A stretch of 64,000 bases of DNA from a virus (IMGVR_UViG_3300032240_001498:136605-200604); one strand, 5' to 3'; positions 52,312 to 63,339 are shown, counted from the first letter of the stretch. The notes: generated by a model not told the origin, from the sequence alone. Made by a program: numbers and translations.

Positions 52312-55300
52312 TTATTTGATAGCACACTCTACTAAGCCTGGCTCAGTGGTAGTTGTTAATGCAAAGCCAAATGGATGACGTCCATTACTTACATTTGTTG
52401 CGCCGCCGTCTACGTCTGGGTAAATTGGGTCACCTTTCTTAACTGCAACATTTAGTTTAACTGGTACACGACCTGTTAATGCTATTGGCTGACCGTTAGC
52501 ACCTGCATTCATCAAGTGAGCAGGGTTAGTTGATATAACACCTAGTACCCAGCAATCAGGACCTGTTACCGCAGTAACTTCCTCATCACCACCGACCATA
52601 ACAACTGTACCTGGATCGTACTCAACATCTGTTGTGTATTTCTCTGCCAAGTCAGCGTAGTTTGCTGTTGTAGCATTACCGCTCAAATTACCGCTAAATG
52701 TTCCAGCAGTTACGTTACCGCTGGCATCACGTTGCATAATCGAGTATGCCGTGTTAGCAGAGTAAACTGCTGAACGTTGACTTCCGTCCTCGCCTAGTAA
52801 CTTGTTAGCTTTAGCCGCTGTACCTGTTGTATCTTGGTTCCAGGTAGTTACAGTACCTGTTAGTTTACTGTAATTTAAACTGGTAATCCAAGCTGGGTCG
52901 GCATAGCTACCGTTGGTGTATACACCGTTAGTTACAGTTGCCGCATTACCATCAATGCTTGTGATACCAGTCAATGCAATCGCACCACTTCCCCTGTTAA
53001 TGGCAATTTGGGTAGTACCAAGATAGAACTGTTGTCCCACTGGTGCCGCACCGATTGAGTTATAGGATATATTTCTTGCGGTACCGCCATTATATGTACT
53101 ATCTGCTACTGCTCCTGTACCGTCGTTCTTGAATGTTAGCGCATTAGCAACGTTGGCCGCAGTACCATCAATACTGTTAATGCCAGTCAACGCCTGCGCC
53201 GCACTACTGCGATTATTTGTAATAGCTGTAGTACCAATATAGAATGTAGCACCTACTAGATCAAGCGTACCAGTTGCGCTTGGCATTGTGATAGTTGGAC
53301 TACCAGTTGCTGAAGGTTGTAGTATAGTGTTACCACTTGTAGCACCTGGCATCGTAAGAGTATTAATACCCGCTAATGCCAATGTACCAGTTGCTCTATT
53401 ATTAGCAACCTGTGTAGTACCGATATAGAATGTATCACCCAGGACTGCTAACGTTGCTGTCTTTGCCGGCAATGTTAGTGTGTTGGATCCAGCAACTGCC
53501 GCAGGCGTTAGTGTAATACCACCACTTGAGCTTCCTGGCATTTGAAGGTTAGTAATACCTGCCAAGTCTAAGTTACCACTTGTTCTATTCAACGCAACAG
53601 CAGTTGTACCAATGTACACGTTTGTACCACCTTGAACTGAACTTGGAATAGTACCAGTTAGTTTGCCTGCATCTAATGTGCCAATGAAAGAAGGATTACT
53701 GTATATGACAGCAGATGAGACCCCATTGGTAACCTTGCTAACGTCGTAGCTAGGAATCCAACTTGGATTAGGATAACTTCCAGTAGTGTATACACCGTTA
53801 ACCACATAAGTAGCAGTTGTTGAGAAATTAGACTGCTGTACATTACCTGATGCAGTTTGATAACCTTGCGCAACCACCCAGCTTTGGTAGGCCATTGTCT
53901 GACGAGTCGGACCTTGGCTGGTAATATAAAGATTGTTTCCATCCCATTCAACTGCTCCAACTACTGTATTCGTTAATGTTGAACCAACATTTAACTGAAT
54001 TGCTGATTGTAGTGTGGTACCTGCCGCAACAGTTAAGTATGCCGCACCCAGTGCTCCACCAATACCTAAACGATTAACTTGATAATTATTTGCACTATTA
54101 AGAGCATTAGCACTTGACGCAGTAACAGCATTGTCAATAGTACCTGACGATGTAAGGTATGCCGCACCGTTGGCAAATATTGTATTGCTTGGCGGTGTAC
54201 CAGTTAAGCCGTTCCATGGCGCAATAGCCGCATAGGTTGATGTCTGTGCTATCTGAGCATATACAGCGTAGGTTGAATATGTTGATGTATTTGCACTTGT
54301 GATATTATCTGCAAACTTCAAGAACCCTTGTGCATTTACATAGGTTTGACTTGCCACGGTCATTCGTGTTGTGCCTGCGGTCTGTGTATAATACAAATAT
54401 GTACCATCGAATTCAATAGCACCTACTTGAGGAGCAGATAATACTGTTCCCGCAATTAGTTTTAAGGTAGGTTTTGATGATGTACCTGCGGCAAGATATA
54501 GACTCTTACCAGTATTGATAGTTACATCACCTGAAATTGTGCCACCTGATTTTTCATACTTGTTGGCATTTAATTGATCGACTGCATCCTGTAAGTTATT
54601 AGCAGTTAATGGAAAGCTGGCAGTATATGCAACTGAGTTGGCATTAACCTGGAAGAAATAATATCCATCAACTTCTGCTAATACATAATCGCCTGTCTTT
54701 AAGCCAGTACCTAATGTAAAGGTTGTGGTACTTGTTTCAGTGTAGTCAGCACCACCAGTTTTTGCCGCATCCACGCTCTGACGAACACCGTTAACATAAA
54801 CACGAAGTTGTCCTGATCCGACAGTATAAGTTGGAGCAGTGAACACCGTTTGTCCGTCTGATGCTACAGTAGTAGCCAACCTTTGAGTTAGAATCTTTGT
54901 ACCTGTTTGTAGGCCACCACCTAGTTCTTGACCCCAGTAGTACTGTCCAGTACCGCTGGCTTTCAATACAAAACCAACTGACGGACTATTTGAAGCTCCG
55001 GCTAAAATATTAGTTAGAGCACCGCTGGCTGTACCTGCGGCTGTTCCGCCGTGTTCGATACCTAATGTACCGCCAATCTGTCCTGCATCAATGGCACCAA
55101 ATAATGTATTGGCATAGACATTGTTGTACTTGTTGCCAGTAGTGCCAAGATCATATGTACCATCCTGTGATGGAGACAACCCTTGAGTAGTTAGGTTACT
55201 GGTAAGATTGATACTAACCCAACCATTGCTTGCACTAAATTGTGTACTGTTGAATGTTGCAACACCTAATAGACTTTGATTAAAGGTTAACGGTGCAGTA

Positions 55301-58300
55301 TTATATAATGCTTTTGCATCCTGTAATGCTAATTTACTTTGTTGGATAGCCGCCGCAGTATTAATATGATGGTCAGTAATTGGATTAGTTGATCCTTGTC
55401 CACCTACTAATTTAACGACAGCAAATCGACCGTTGCGTGTAATAGTAACATCACTGCCACCACCTCTTGTTAATGGAGTATTAATAATAGTAGTAGTACT
55501 GTTAGCAACGTTAACTACTTGTCTAGCAGAATTGTACAGCGGAGTAACAGTTGAACTAGATGCAGTGATATTGCTACCAAACATCATTAGATCGCCGTCA
55601 GCTGTGTTAGCTAAGGATACATCACGCATCTTCGCTATCTGAGATTGACTGTCTACATAACGTTTGTTTGCCGCTTGATATACGCTGTCAAAATACAATG
55701 TAGTGCTTGGAGCAACTGTTCCAATGGCATTTGGGCTGATGCTAACTACGTTTGATGTTGTGCTGACATTGGTAACTGTTGTGCCACCGATAAAATTAAA
55801 TGCACCAACACCTGGATCGTATGTAACCTGCATACCAGGAACAAGTCCAGCTACGCTATCTAAGTATAGCAATCCATCGCCATTGTTAACCTGGGCTGAC
55901 AATACATGTGTAACAACTTTAGGATCGCCGTTTAATATCAACGATCCGCTCATTACACCTGCACCTTGTCCGCCTTTGTAAAATAACTCGTTAGTTCCGC
56001 GTTTGCTTATTTTGTCGTCGGCATAATCTTTATTAGCCGCATCAGTTCCGCCTGTTGGAGTACCAACGTTAGTTACTTTATTGCCAGCCATGTTCAATGG
56101 AGCCGCCATTGGTATCACACCGTTAGTTGCAATAGCACCTGGGCCAAGCACTGATGTTTTCCCACCAGATGTATCAAATCCTAGTCTACGACCAACATAA
56201 CCCACAATAGCAGATTCTGTAGGAACAGTGCGTGGATTGTTACCTGCCATGGTCTCGTCAATTGAGAAGTTATCAACTTCAACACCTTTCTTAAAGGACA
56301 GTTTGCTAATACCGCTCAATGCAATCGGTGCGTTAATTGTTACAGTACCGCGACCTTGATCAACGGAGAAGTACTTGCCAACACGGAAGTTACCGTCTTG
56401 GTCAGTGGTTACTGAGTATACGCGACCTTTACCGACTTCTCTAGTGATCTTACCTGCATCAGGAAGATATGTTGGAGGTCCATATAGATCGTTTGGATAT
56501 TTAGAACTTGCATAACCACCAGTACCTACGTTCAACATATCGTGGCCTGTGGCACGCATTGTCGAAATCTGTATGGTTACGGCACCACCTTGATTTTTTT
56601 CTATACCAGCATACAAAGGCTGTGTACTAGAATACCAAAATTCTTTAGTTAGTGTTGTGGCTACAGAATTTATTGGTACAAATTCAATTTCATTCCATGC
56701 ACCACCTGTTGCACTGGTATCATTAAATTTGTTACGGGTTCCGGCAGGCACATATTTGGTAATCTTGTACATCTGACCTTCGTAACCAAATTGGTAGTAG
56801 TAAGGCTTTGCCGCAGTTAAACCTGTGTTAATTCTTGCAATGTCTGAAGATTTAATATTGGCAGTCTTGATAACTGTTGATCCAACCATACCAGACAATG
56901 ATACTGTTACACTTGCGTTACCCGATACACCAACTGGACTTGGCCAGATTGTCACGGCAGGAGCGATATCGTAACCAATACCTGGGTCTGTAATTACCAA
57001 GTCGGTAATGTAGCCAGTTGCTTGATTAGATGTAGCATAGGCAGTTGCAGTACTACCAATGAAACTCAATGCTGTACTGGCTGTCCATGCCTGCGCCAGC
57101 GTTGTTTGAATCACAGAATTATCTGTACTTGCCCACAAGACTTTTTGTCCTGATAAGACGCCCGCTCCACTAATGGTCATACCTGGATGAATATTACCGC
57201 TTGCAGAAGCAATACTAAGTTGAGTTACACCTATCTGTGCAGTACCTTGATTGCCCAATACCACCGCAGACTTAATTGTAGGAGCAACAATAGTTGCAGT
57301 CCACGAAGCAGTTGTAGTATATCCTGATCCTGTTGATACAAAGTTAGGACGGCCAATACCTTGACTGAAGGTACTATCTTTGGTATATGGAGTGATGCTA
57401 ATATAGTCGTATGCTTCCTCTGACTCTGCTAACACATAGTCACTGCCTAAGTTGACATAGTTTAGAATACGATAGATATATGTTGACTCTTCGTTAAGTG
57501 TCAATACTGTACTTGGTCGAGTAACCGCAGATGCATTTAGGCCATACAATCTAAATTGTGTCTGTAGTCTAATGGTTACGGGCGAGCCATCTGGGATTGC
57601 CGCGTAAATGCCTCCTATGGCTGTAGTATCGATACTAAGAACATACACGTTGCCAACCACTTGTGATGCATTCTGTATGTTATAAATCTTTCTAATACCA
57701 TAATGGTTGACTTCAACTTCGCTACCTGCAAAAGGAGCATAGCCATATGTAGGATCGATTGTTACATAGAACTGAGCACCACCAGCAATGTTTTGATATG
57801 GTGCTTGGTTGTAGACTGTTGCTACCTGTGCTAATTGATCAGGTAGTGTAACTGGTGTAGGAATTTCTAATGGATTAGAACCTTCAGATACTAGACCATA
57901 GAAACCGTAACAGCTTGAACCAGTAATACTACGAACCTGTGCGCCGTTAAGAGCATAGTAAGAAGTCCAGTTGTAGTATGTGAACATACTAACGTTTTCT
58001 ATCAAACCACCGTTGGTTGCAAATACACCATAACCCAAATCGTTAATCTGTGTATAGTCGTTAGCCAACATACTTCTGTTACCAGCTGTATTAAGTTCAA
58101 TGTTGTATGGTAATGGGCCAACAAAACCGTTCTTTAGCACGGCACTGAATGACTGTTGACCAAATGTAACAGTTGGGGTAACGCTGAGACTGTAACCAGT
58201 ACCACCGTATGATAAGTTGATGCTGGTAATGGCCCCATTTACATCAACTGCTGTAATAGTTGCAGTAGCAGGAGTACCACCTCCTCCTGGTGATGAAATT

Positions 58301-61300
58301 GTAAGTTTTGTGCCAGTGGTATATCCAGTTCCACCGTTATTAACAGTCATAGCAGTAATAACACCGCCTACTATGGTAAAGTTAAAGGTTGCTTGACCAA
58401 CAATAATAGTTGGTTGACCAACATAGCCCTTACCTGGGAATGTTACGTTGAATCCGTTTATCAATCCACTGGCATCGGTTGTAACAAATCCTTTTGCACT
58501 GATAGCACCTGCAATACCTGGGTTAATAAAAGTACAGTAGATTGGATTAGCTTGAGTTCTGCTAGGCTGGAATTCTGGTGCCGCATTCTGTATAGAGACG
58601 CTTTGGAAGCCGCCTGGGTTATTTGAGTTTAGTGCTATCACCGCAGTACCTGCAAGTGCATTATATGAATTCATATAATCCACTTCATAGCTGATACCGT
58701 TATCGATAAAGAAGCAAGGGAACTGTGGCTTGCGTATTAGTCCAGATACAGGAATGAAAATTAAGTTTCCAAGTGTATCAGCTTGCGCGGCCTGACCCGG
58801 AGTTGTTACCGTTAACGGCAAGTTACCGCAGAATCCGTCAACCAACATACCACCAGCAAATGTGTGATGACCTGTTGATCTAGAGAAGCTAGAGCATGTT
58901 TGCGTGTAAGGTGATTTAGATTTGATCTGACCTTCTGGGTCGAGCACCTTCATGAAACCGCCGTGACCTTGTCCACCGCAGTAGCGTAAGATAGTTGCGT
59001 CGTTCATCAAGAACACATCTAATTGATCGTTATACTTGGCTGGGTTAAAGCTAGGATCTTTATTAAGGATTGCCTGCATTGCCGAAGTTAGATCTGCTAC
59101 TGTGAATAGTGCTACACTTTCTGCGTTATAGCTAAAGAGAGTCTGTTGTGCTACTGAATACTTTGTCACCGGTGCAACGTTGATCAACACTCTTTGCAAA
59201 ATAGTGTTCATGTATCCTACCATATCTATAGTTAATGGTAGTTTAGCCGCATAGCTTGTTGAAAGAATACTCGGGTCGCTGACAAAAGAATCAGCGGCAT
59301 TAATGGATTGATTTATGTCCCCAAACTTAAGATCGTATGCAATGGCGTTCAGCTGGATTCCGATGTCGCGCTTGCACTTAACAGGGTCGAGTACAAACTG
59401 TCCAGAGTACTTTTGATTTACATAACCAAATATTTCTTCTTTTAAGAATTCTATATTGCCCTGGATAATATTGTATGCGTGTACATGTCCGCCTGAGTTA
59501 GGACCTGCAATATAGTTTGCTGGTTTTGAGGGGTCACGTAGATAGTGATAACCAAAGTTGATAGGATCAAACACATGCCAGCTGCCACTTGCGATAGTAG
59601 CAGTACTACCAATTGATCTTTGATTATTGTAATTTTCAGCTAGATTAACAAAGAATGTATTTTGATTTACAGCGGTAATGGTTCCAACACCTGAATAGGT
59701 CTTGCCATCTGGGTTGTACTGTACAAATACTTTATTGATCCAATTTTTTGGTGTGGTAACTGCGCTACTGGTTGTAAGTGTAAATGTTGTTACACCAGTA
59801 GTAGCATCGTTAGTTACGCTAGATGGAATAACAGATACTGCTGTTAGGGTAGATGCGTAGTCTGTTGTAGTACTAATAGCACAGGTAATCAAACCGTCAA
59901 CTTGGGTATCTCTACGGAACCAAATATTAACCCACGGTGAAGTACTGATACTTGCACGGGCAGTACCGTTTACATAGGCTGGTTTAAAAATTGTACGGCG
60001 GAATTCATCTCCACGTAGTGACACGTTGTCTGCCATACGAATCGGAAACTGTTCATTGTATTCTCCAGATTCAACAATCAAACTAATTTCTAATTTATTG
60101 TATTTTTGTCCGTATCGTAGATTCTCGCCTTGGATAAAGTAACCAGAATACACATGCCATCTGTCTCCAGCAATGGTATTAAGATTAGTTAATGGACTAG
60201 ACATTCTAACGGTGAATGTATCATACACGTTACCGTTAGGATCATAAGAAGTGCTTACACTAATAATTTTACCAGATTGACCACCGACGTTTTGATCAAG
60301 TTGGAATATATATCCTATCCAGAAATCTGGAATTGGCACTAGGTTGTAGTTGAATAGAGTGAAGGTAACATCGCCGCTAAGTTTGTCTGCGGTAATCGCA
60401 CTGACAAATGTCTGTGCATAATCAACATAAGATACTTCATAGTATTCTTCTACGTTACTATTTTGACTTAGGCTGATGTTTAAGATATTAGCCATCGCAT
60501 TACTATCAGCACCTTGGATAAACATACCAGGACGGATACTACGCTCTTTAAATGGATCGGTACCTAAGCCACCGTTATAGGTAACGTTAAGTTTAATTGC
60601 ATTAGGAATTAAACTGGTAGCTGTACTAGAAATCTGTACATTAGACTGATAGTTGTCAGTAGTGATAAAACGTTGATATGGGCCTAGTTTAATTTCACTA
60701 ACTGCTTGGGATTCGATAGCGGCCTGTGCGGCCTTACCAATACTTTTAAAAGCGTAGGCTAAAGAACGACCGCGCTTGTAAGATGGAACTTCGTAACGTG
60801 CATCTTTACCTGCCAAGCTAACATAGAAATTGATCTTGCTAAGTGGGCTATTTTCATCAACGTAGCCTTTTGTTGCGGCGATCAACGGACTGTCAGTTTC
60901 TGCTGGTCCGCGGAATAGTTCTAATCCGCCAGTCATCTGACCAAAGCCTTTGTTTACTTGTCCTGTAAACGGATCAATCGTACTAATACCTTGTAAACTT
61001 ATTTTAGTGTCTACATAGTCTTTGCGTGTTAAATGACTAGGTAACCACTGTCCGCGACTGATATCCACAGTTGATGTAGTTCCAGAAGCAGTGAACACAG
61101 TAATAGTCTTACCTGTGTTTGTGCTGGTATTTGCCTGCCCTGGAATTAATTGTATGTTATGACGAAGTGTGCTACCTTCAACTATTGTTGAAGTTACATT
61201 TGCACCAGTGATAGGGTTGGTAGCAGAAATGTATTGATAGTTAGCGTCACGATTTACAAAATTATCATAGATCCACTTCTTAGTTGCGATATCTTGATCG

Positions 61301-61710
61301 TCAACTGGGTCGACAAAATTTATGCCTCTATAAACATAGTTTCCGCTTAGGTTGTTGGCTAATATAGGGTTTGGATCTTTAACTATGTTGGTAATAGTTG
61401 CGTCAACAGTTAGTGTTTTAGCTGTCTGATCTAGGGTTAATTGTATACCATTCCGACCAACTAGGCTAACTTGGGTAAGAGTTAAACCTGTTGGATTAGT
61501 TACAATTAATTTATTTGGTGATAAAACGTGCGGTGTGTCAATAAGTTTGGTAAAATATAATCCAGAACCTACACCTAATACTCCCGCGATTGTTGCAAAG
61601 TTTTGATTGACCTTATTAAACGCATCACGTATTGCGTCACCCGTTCCGTCGTTGGATTGGGCACCTAAGTTAATTGATTGAATCAGACTGGCTGTTGAAA
61701 TTGATGGCAT
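52312..61710 (-). CDS. Giant tail fibre / receptor-binding protein (3132 aa) with C-terminal IMC-like domain
   Basis: The N-terminus reads INLGAQSNDGTGDAIRDAFNKVNQNF. It has ATKxYVD knots, a beta-helix-like region, G/T/S-rich repeats and YADLAEKY. It follows TAAATA at 61730-61735. Confidence 0.8.
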   Translation of the reverse strand: MPSISTASLIQSINLGAQSNDGTGDAIRDAFNKVNQNFATIAGVLGVGSGLYFTKLIDTPHVLSPNKLIVTNPTGLTLTQVSLVGRNGIQLTLDQTAKTLTVDATITNIVKDPNPILANNLSGNYVYRGINFVDPVDDQDIATKKWIYDNFVNRDANYQYISATNPITGANVTSTIVEGSTLRHNIQLIPGQANTSTNTGKTITVFTASGTTSTVDISRGQWLPSHLTRKDYVDTKISLQGISTIDPFTGQVNKGFGQMTGGLELFRGPAETDSPLIAATKGYVDENSPLSKINFYVSLAGKDARYEVPSYKRGRSLAYAFKSIGKAAQAAIESQAVSEIKLGPYQRFITTDNYQSNVQISSTATSLIPNAIKLNVTYNGGLGTDPFKERSIRPGMFIQGADSNAMANILNISLSQNSNVEEYYEVSYVDYAQTFVSAITADKLSGDVTFTLFNYNLVPIPDFWIGYIFQLDQNVGGQSGKIISVSTSYDPNGNVYDTFTVRMSSPLTNLNTIAGDRWHVYSGYFIQGENLRYGQKYNKLEISLIVESGEYNEQFPIRMADNVSLRGDEFRRTIFKPAYVNGTARASISTSPWVNIWFRRDTQVDGLITCAISTTTDYASTLTAVSVIPSSVTNDATTGVTTFTLTTSSAVTTPKNWINKVFVQYNPDGKTYSGVGTITAVNQNTFFVNLAENYNNQRSIGSTATIASGSWHVFDPINFGYHYLRDPSKPANYIAGPNSGGHVHAYNIIQGNIEFLKEEIFGYVNQKYSGQFVLDPVKCKRDIGIQLNAIAYDLKFGDINQSINAADSFVSDPSILSTSYAAKLPLTIDMVGYMNTILQRVLINVAPVTKYSVAQQTLFSYNAESVALFTVADLTSAMQAILNKDPSFNPAKYNDQLDVFLMNDATILRYCGGQGHGGFMKVLDPEGQIKSKSPYTQTCSSFSRSTGHHTFAGGMLVDGFCGNLPLTVTTPGQAAQADTLGNLIFIPVSGLIRKPQFPCFFIDNGISYEVDYMNSYNALAGTAVIALNSNNPGGFQSVSIQNAAPEFQPSRTQANPIYCTFINPGIAGAISAKGFVTTDASGLINGFNVTFPGKGYVGQPTIIVGQATFNFTIVGGVITAMTVNNGGTGYTTGTKLTISSPGGGGTPATATITAVDVNGAITSINLSYGGTGYSLSVTPTVTFGQQSFSAVLKNGFVGPLPYNIELNTAGNRSMLANDYTQINDLGYGVFATNGGLIENVSMFTYYNWTSYYALNGAQVRSITGSSCYGFYGLVSEGSNPLEIPTPVTLPDQLAQVATVYNQAPYQNIAGGAQFYVTIDPTYGYAPFAGSEVEVNHYGIRKIYNIQNASQVVGNVYVLSIDTTAIGGIYAAIPDGSPVTIRLQTQFRLYGLNASAVTRPSTVLTLNEESTYIYRILNYVNLGSDYVLAESEEAYDYISITPYTKDSTFSQGIGRPNFVSTGSGYTTTASWTATIVAPTIKSAVVLGNQGTAQIGVTQLSIASASGNIHPGMTISGAGVLSGQKVLWASTDNSVIQTTLAQAWTASTALSFIGSTATAYATSNQATGYITDLVITDPGIGYDIAPAVTIWPSPVGVSGNASVTVSLSGMVGSTVIKTANIKSSDIARINTGLTAAKPYYYQFGYEGQMYKITKYVPAGTRNKFNDTSATGGAWNEIEFVPINSVATTLTKEFWYSSTQPLYAGIEKNQGGAVTIQISTMRATGHDMLNVGTGGYASSKYPNDLYGPPTYLPDAGKITREVGKGRVYSVTTDQDGNFRVGKYFSVDQGRGTVTINAPIALSGISKLSFKKGVEVDNFSIDETMAGNNPRTVPTESAIVGYVGRRLGFDTSGGKTSVLGPGAIATNGVIPMAAPLNMAGNKVTNVGTPTGGTDAANKDYADDKISKRGTNELFYKGGQGAGVMSGSLILNGDPKVVTHVLSAQVNNGDGLLYLDSVAGLVPGMQVTYDPGVGAFNFIGGTTVTNVSTTSNVVSISPNAIGTVAPSTTLYFDSVYQAANKRYVDSQSQIAKMRDVSLANTADGDLMMFGSNITASSSTVTPLYNSARQVVNVANSTTTIINTPLTRGGGSDVTITRNGRFAVVKLVGGQGSTNPITDHHINTAAAIQQSKLALQDAKALYNTAPLTFNQSLLGVATFNSTQFSASNGWVSINLTSNLTTQGLSPSQDGTYDLGTTGNKYNNVYANTLFGAIDAGQIGGTLGIEHGGTAAGTASGALTNILAGASNSPSVGFVLKASGTGQYYWGQELGGGLQTGTKILTQRLATTVASDGQTVFTAPTYTVGSGQLRVYVNGVRQSVDAAKTGGADYTETSTTTFTLGTGLKTGDYVLAEVDGYYFFQVNANSVAYTASFPLTANNLQDAVDQLNANKYEKSGGTISGDVTINTGKSLYLAAGTSSKPTLKLIAGTVLSAPQVGAIEFDGTYLYYTQTAGTTRMTVASQTYVNAQGFLKFADNITSANTSTYSTYAVYAQIAQTSTYAAIAPWNGLTGTPPSNTIFANGAAYLTSSGTIDNAVTASSANALNSANNYQVNRLGIGGALGAAYLTVAAGTTLQSAIQLNVGSTLTNTVVGAVEWDGNNLYITSQGPTRQTMAYQSWVVAQGYQTASGNVQQSNFSTTATYVVNGVYTTGSYPNPSWIPSYDVSKVTNGVSSAVIYSNPSFIGTLDAGKLTGTIPSSVQGGTNVYIGTTAVALNRTSGNLDLAGITNLQMPGSSSGGITLTPAAVAGSNTLTLPAKTATLAVLGDTFYIGTTQVANNRATGTLALAGINTLTMPGATSGNTILQPSATGSPTITMPSATGTLDLVGATFYIGTTAITNNRSSAAQALTGINSIDGTAANVANALTFKNDGTGAVADSTYNGGTARNISYNSIGAAPVGQQFYLGTTQIAINRGSGAIALTGITSIDGNAATVTNGVYTNGSYADPAWITSLNYSKLTGTVTTWNQDTTGTAAKANKLLGEDGSQRSAVYSANTAYSIMQRDASGNVTAGTFSGNLSGNATTANYADLAEKYTTDVEYDPGTVVMVGGDEEVTAVTGPDCWVLGVISTNPAHLMNAGANGQPIALTGRVPVKLNVAVKKGDPIYPDVDGGATNVSNGRHPFGFALTTTTEPGLVECAIK
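52980..53625 (-). repeat. Four protein-level repeats (F/V)Y(I/L)GTT...NR.....L.GI in the giant fibre
   Basis: The repeats are VYIGTTAVALNRTSGNLDLAGI, FYIGTTQVANNRATGTLALAGI, FYIGTTAITNNRSSAAQALTGI and FYLGTTQIAINRGSGAIALTGI. Confidence 0.85.
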
Positions 61711-61805
61711 GTTTTTCCCTACGTTCCTATATTTATTGGAGTAATTTCACTCCATACTCCAGGTGTATAGTATTATCGGGTATTTACCAATAAACAGCCA
61801 GTTGA

Positions 61806-62642
61806 CTAATCTAAATCAAACATTTGTCTCACTTCTTGCTGTAATTCTTCCTGTGGAATCAAATTGAATACAGTATTTTTAAAGCCTTCTAGAATAAGGT
61901 TTCTTGCCACGCTGTCTGTTAGCCCTTTGCTGTTGAGATACAACAACATAGAGTCATCTATGAACGCAGTTTGGCTACCGTAGCGTATTCTAGTAGTTTC
62001 GTTGAGGCTGTCAATTTCTGGTTTACTGTAGCATTTTCCGTTAGAACCTGTAATGATATTAACGTTTTCTATGCCAACTTCGGCCATTTCTGCCCCTTCG
62101 TCAACGTGTACCATACTCTGATATACAGTTTGACTATTAGGTCCAGCTTCTCCGGCGATTAACTGTGTACATAATGATTCTACGCCTTTCTGATATATTT
62201 TAAAAATAACTTCGGTATCGCCTGAGTCATTGTTGTTCATGTATCCGTAGTTGCTTAAATTGCCGCCGTCGTCTATCTCAATTTGAAATATGTGCTTGTT
62301 CAGCTTGCCACCTTTGACAAATACTCCTAGGTTCAGCGTAGCACCTTCTCTAATATGGATATCGTATAAACATACCTGCTGTAGCTTGGGAGTAGTTTCA
62401 TTTAGAATTGTAAGATCAAGCGAGCTGTTGTCTCTAAGATCTATCTTGAGATGTTTGGCTATTAGACCTTTTTCTGTAGGATTATGGCGCAGTACTACAC
62501 CATCTTTGCGACCTTCTTTTAGTTCAACCATGTTTGGTTCACTAAGTTTAAACTGCTTACCAAAGTACTCGTCTGGGCTATACAGCCAATCAGGATCGCC
62601 TTTATTTGCTTGTAGAAAGCTCTGGATGCCCATCTTCTTCAA
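61806..62642 (-). CDS. SufB/SufD-like beta-helix protein (short, divergent)
   Basis: It has a beta-helix sequence pattern. The C-terminus SKPEID...YGSQTAFIDDSMLLYLNSKGLTDSVARNLILEGF matches the SufBD tail. Confidence 0.75.
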   Translation of the reverse strand: MKKMGIQSFLQANKGDPDWLYSPDEYFGKQFKLSEPNMVELKEGRKDGVVLRHNPTEKGLIAKHLKIDLRDNSSLDLTILNETTPKLQQVCLYDIHIREGATLNLGVFVKGGKLNKHIFQIEIDDGGNLSNYGYMNNNDSGDTEVIFKIYQKGVESLCTQLIAGEAGPNSQTVYQSMVHVDEGAEMAEVGIENVNIITGSNGKCYSKPEIDSLNETTRIRYGSQTAFIDDSMLLYLNSKGLTDSVARNLILEGFKNTVFNLIPQEELQQEVRQMFDLD

Positions 62643-63339
62643 TCCTTGTTAGTATTTCAATTCCACCGCTGAGAACTATCTGACCATTTGCAATGACATG
62701 TACGTGTGTAGGTTCTATGTCCTTTAATACGTTTTTATCTTTGCTAAAGATAATACCCGCTCTTCGCTTGGTGTGTATGAAGTTCTTTATATTTAATGCG
62801 ACTTTTGTTTTGTCGTTAACTTCTAATTTCTCATCTATGTCGTCTACTAACAATAAGTTCGGATCAAGTAAAAAAGATATTAAGAGTTCGTTGAGCATAG
62901 CTTCGGCATGCGTCATGCTGTCACTATCAACTGCTTTAAACCCGTGGGCAATACTTAGTCCTAGATTCTCTACAGTTTCGTCATATAATGGCTTTAGGTC
63001 CGCAGGAGACCTAGGATCTTTTCTGTGTTTAAGTATGTTGCAAAACAGTTCCCAATTGGTTGTGTTGGGTATTTCAACAGGATGCTGAAATATTGAAGCG
63101 ATACCGTTTAGGCTTCTTTCGCTGAGTGACTGCTTTAATAGGCTTTTTGATTTGTATGTAATCGACCCTGAAGCTATATCTACGAATGGCAACCCGCATA
63201 GTCCCATCATTAGCGCACTCTTTCCACTGCCGCTAGGACCAATGATAGCGTGTACTTCTCCGGGTTTTACTTCTAGGTTGACATCTTTGATTAGTTCTTG
63301 TTCTGCTGATTTTATATTAAGGTTTTTTATTTTTAGCAT
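62602..63339 (-). CDS. SufC-like ABC ATPase with degenerate catalytic motifs
   Basis: It contains VKPGEVHAIIGPSGSGKS, FQHPVEIP and P..VHVIANGQIVLSGG, but the signature, Walker B and H-loop are altered. Confidence 0.75.
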   Translation of the reverse strand: MLKIKNLNIKSAEQELIKDVNLEVKPGEVHAIIGPSGSGKSALMMGLCGLPFVDIASGSITYKSKSLLKQSLSERSLNGIASIFQHPVEIPNTTNWELFCNILKHRKDPRSPADLKPLYDETVENLGLSIAHGFKAVDSDSMTHAEAMLNELLISFLLDPNLLLVDDIDEKLEVNDKTKVALNIKNFIHTKRRAGIIFSKDKNVLKDIEPTHVHVIANGQIVLSGGIEILTRIEEDGHPELSTSK

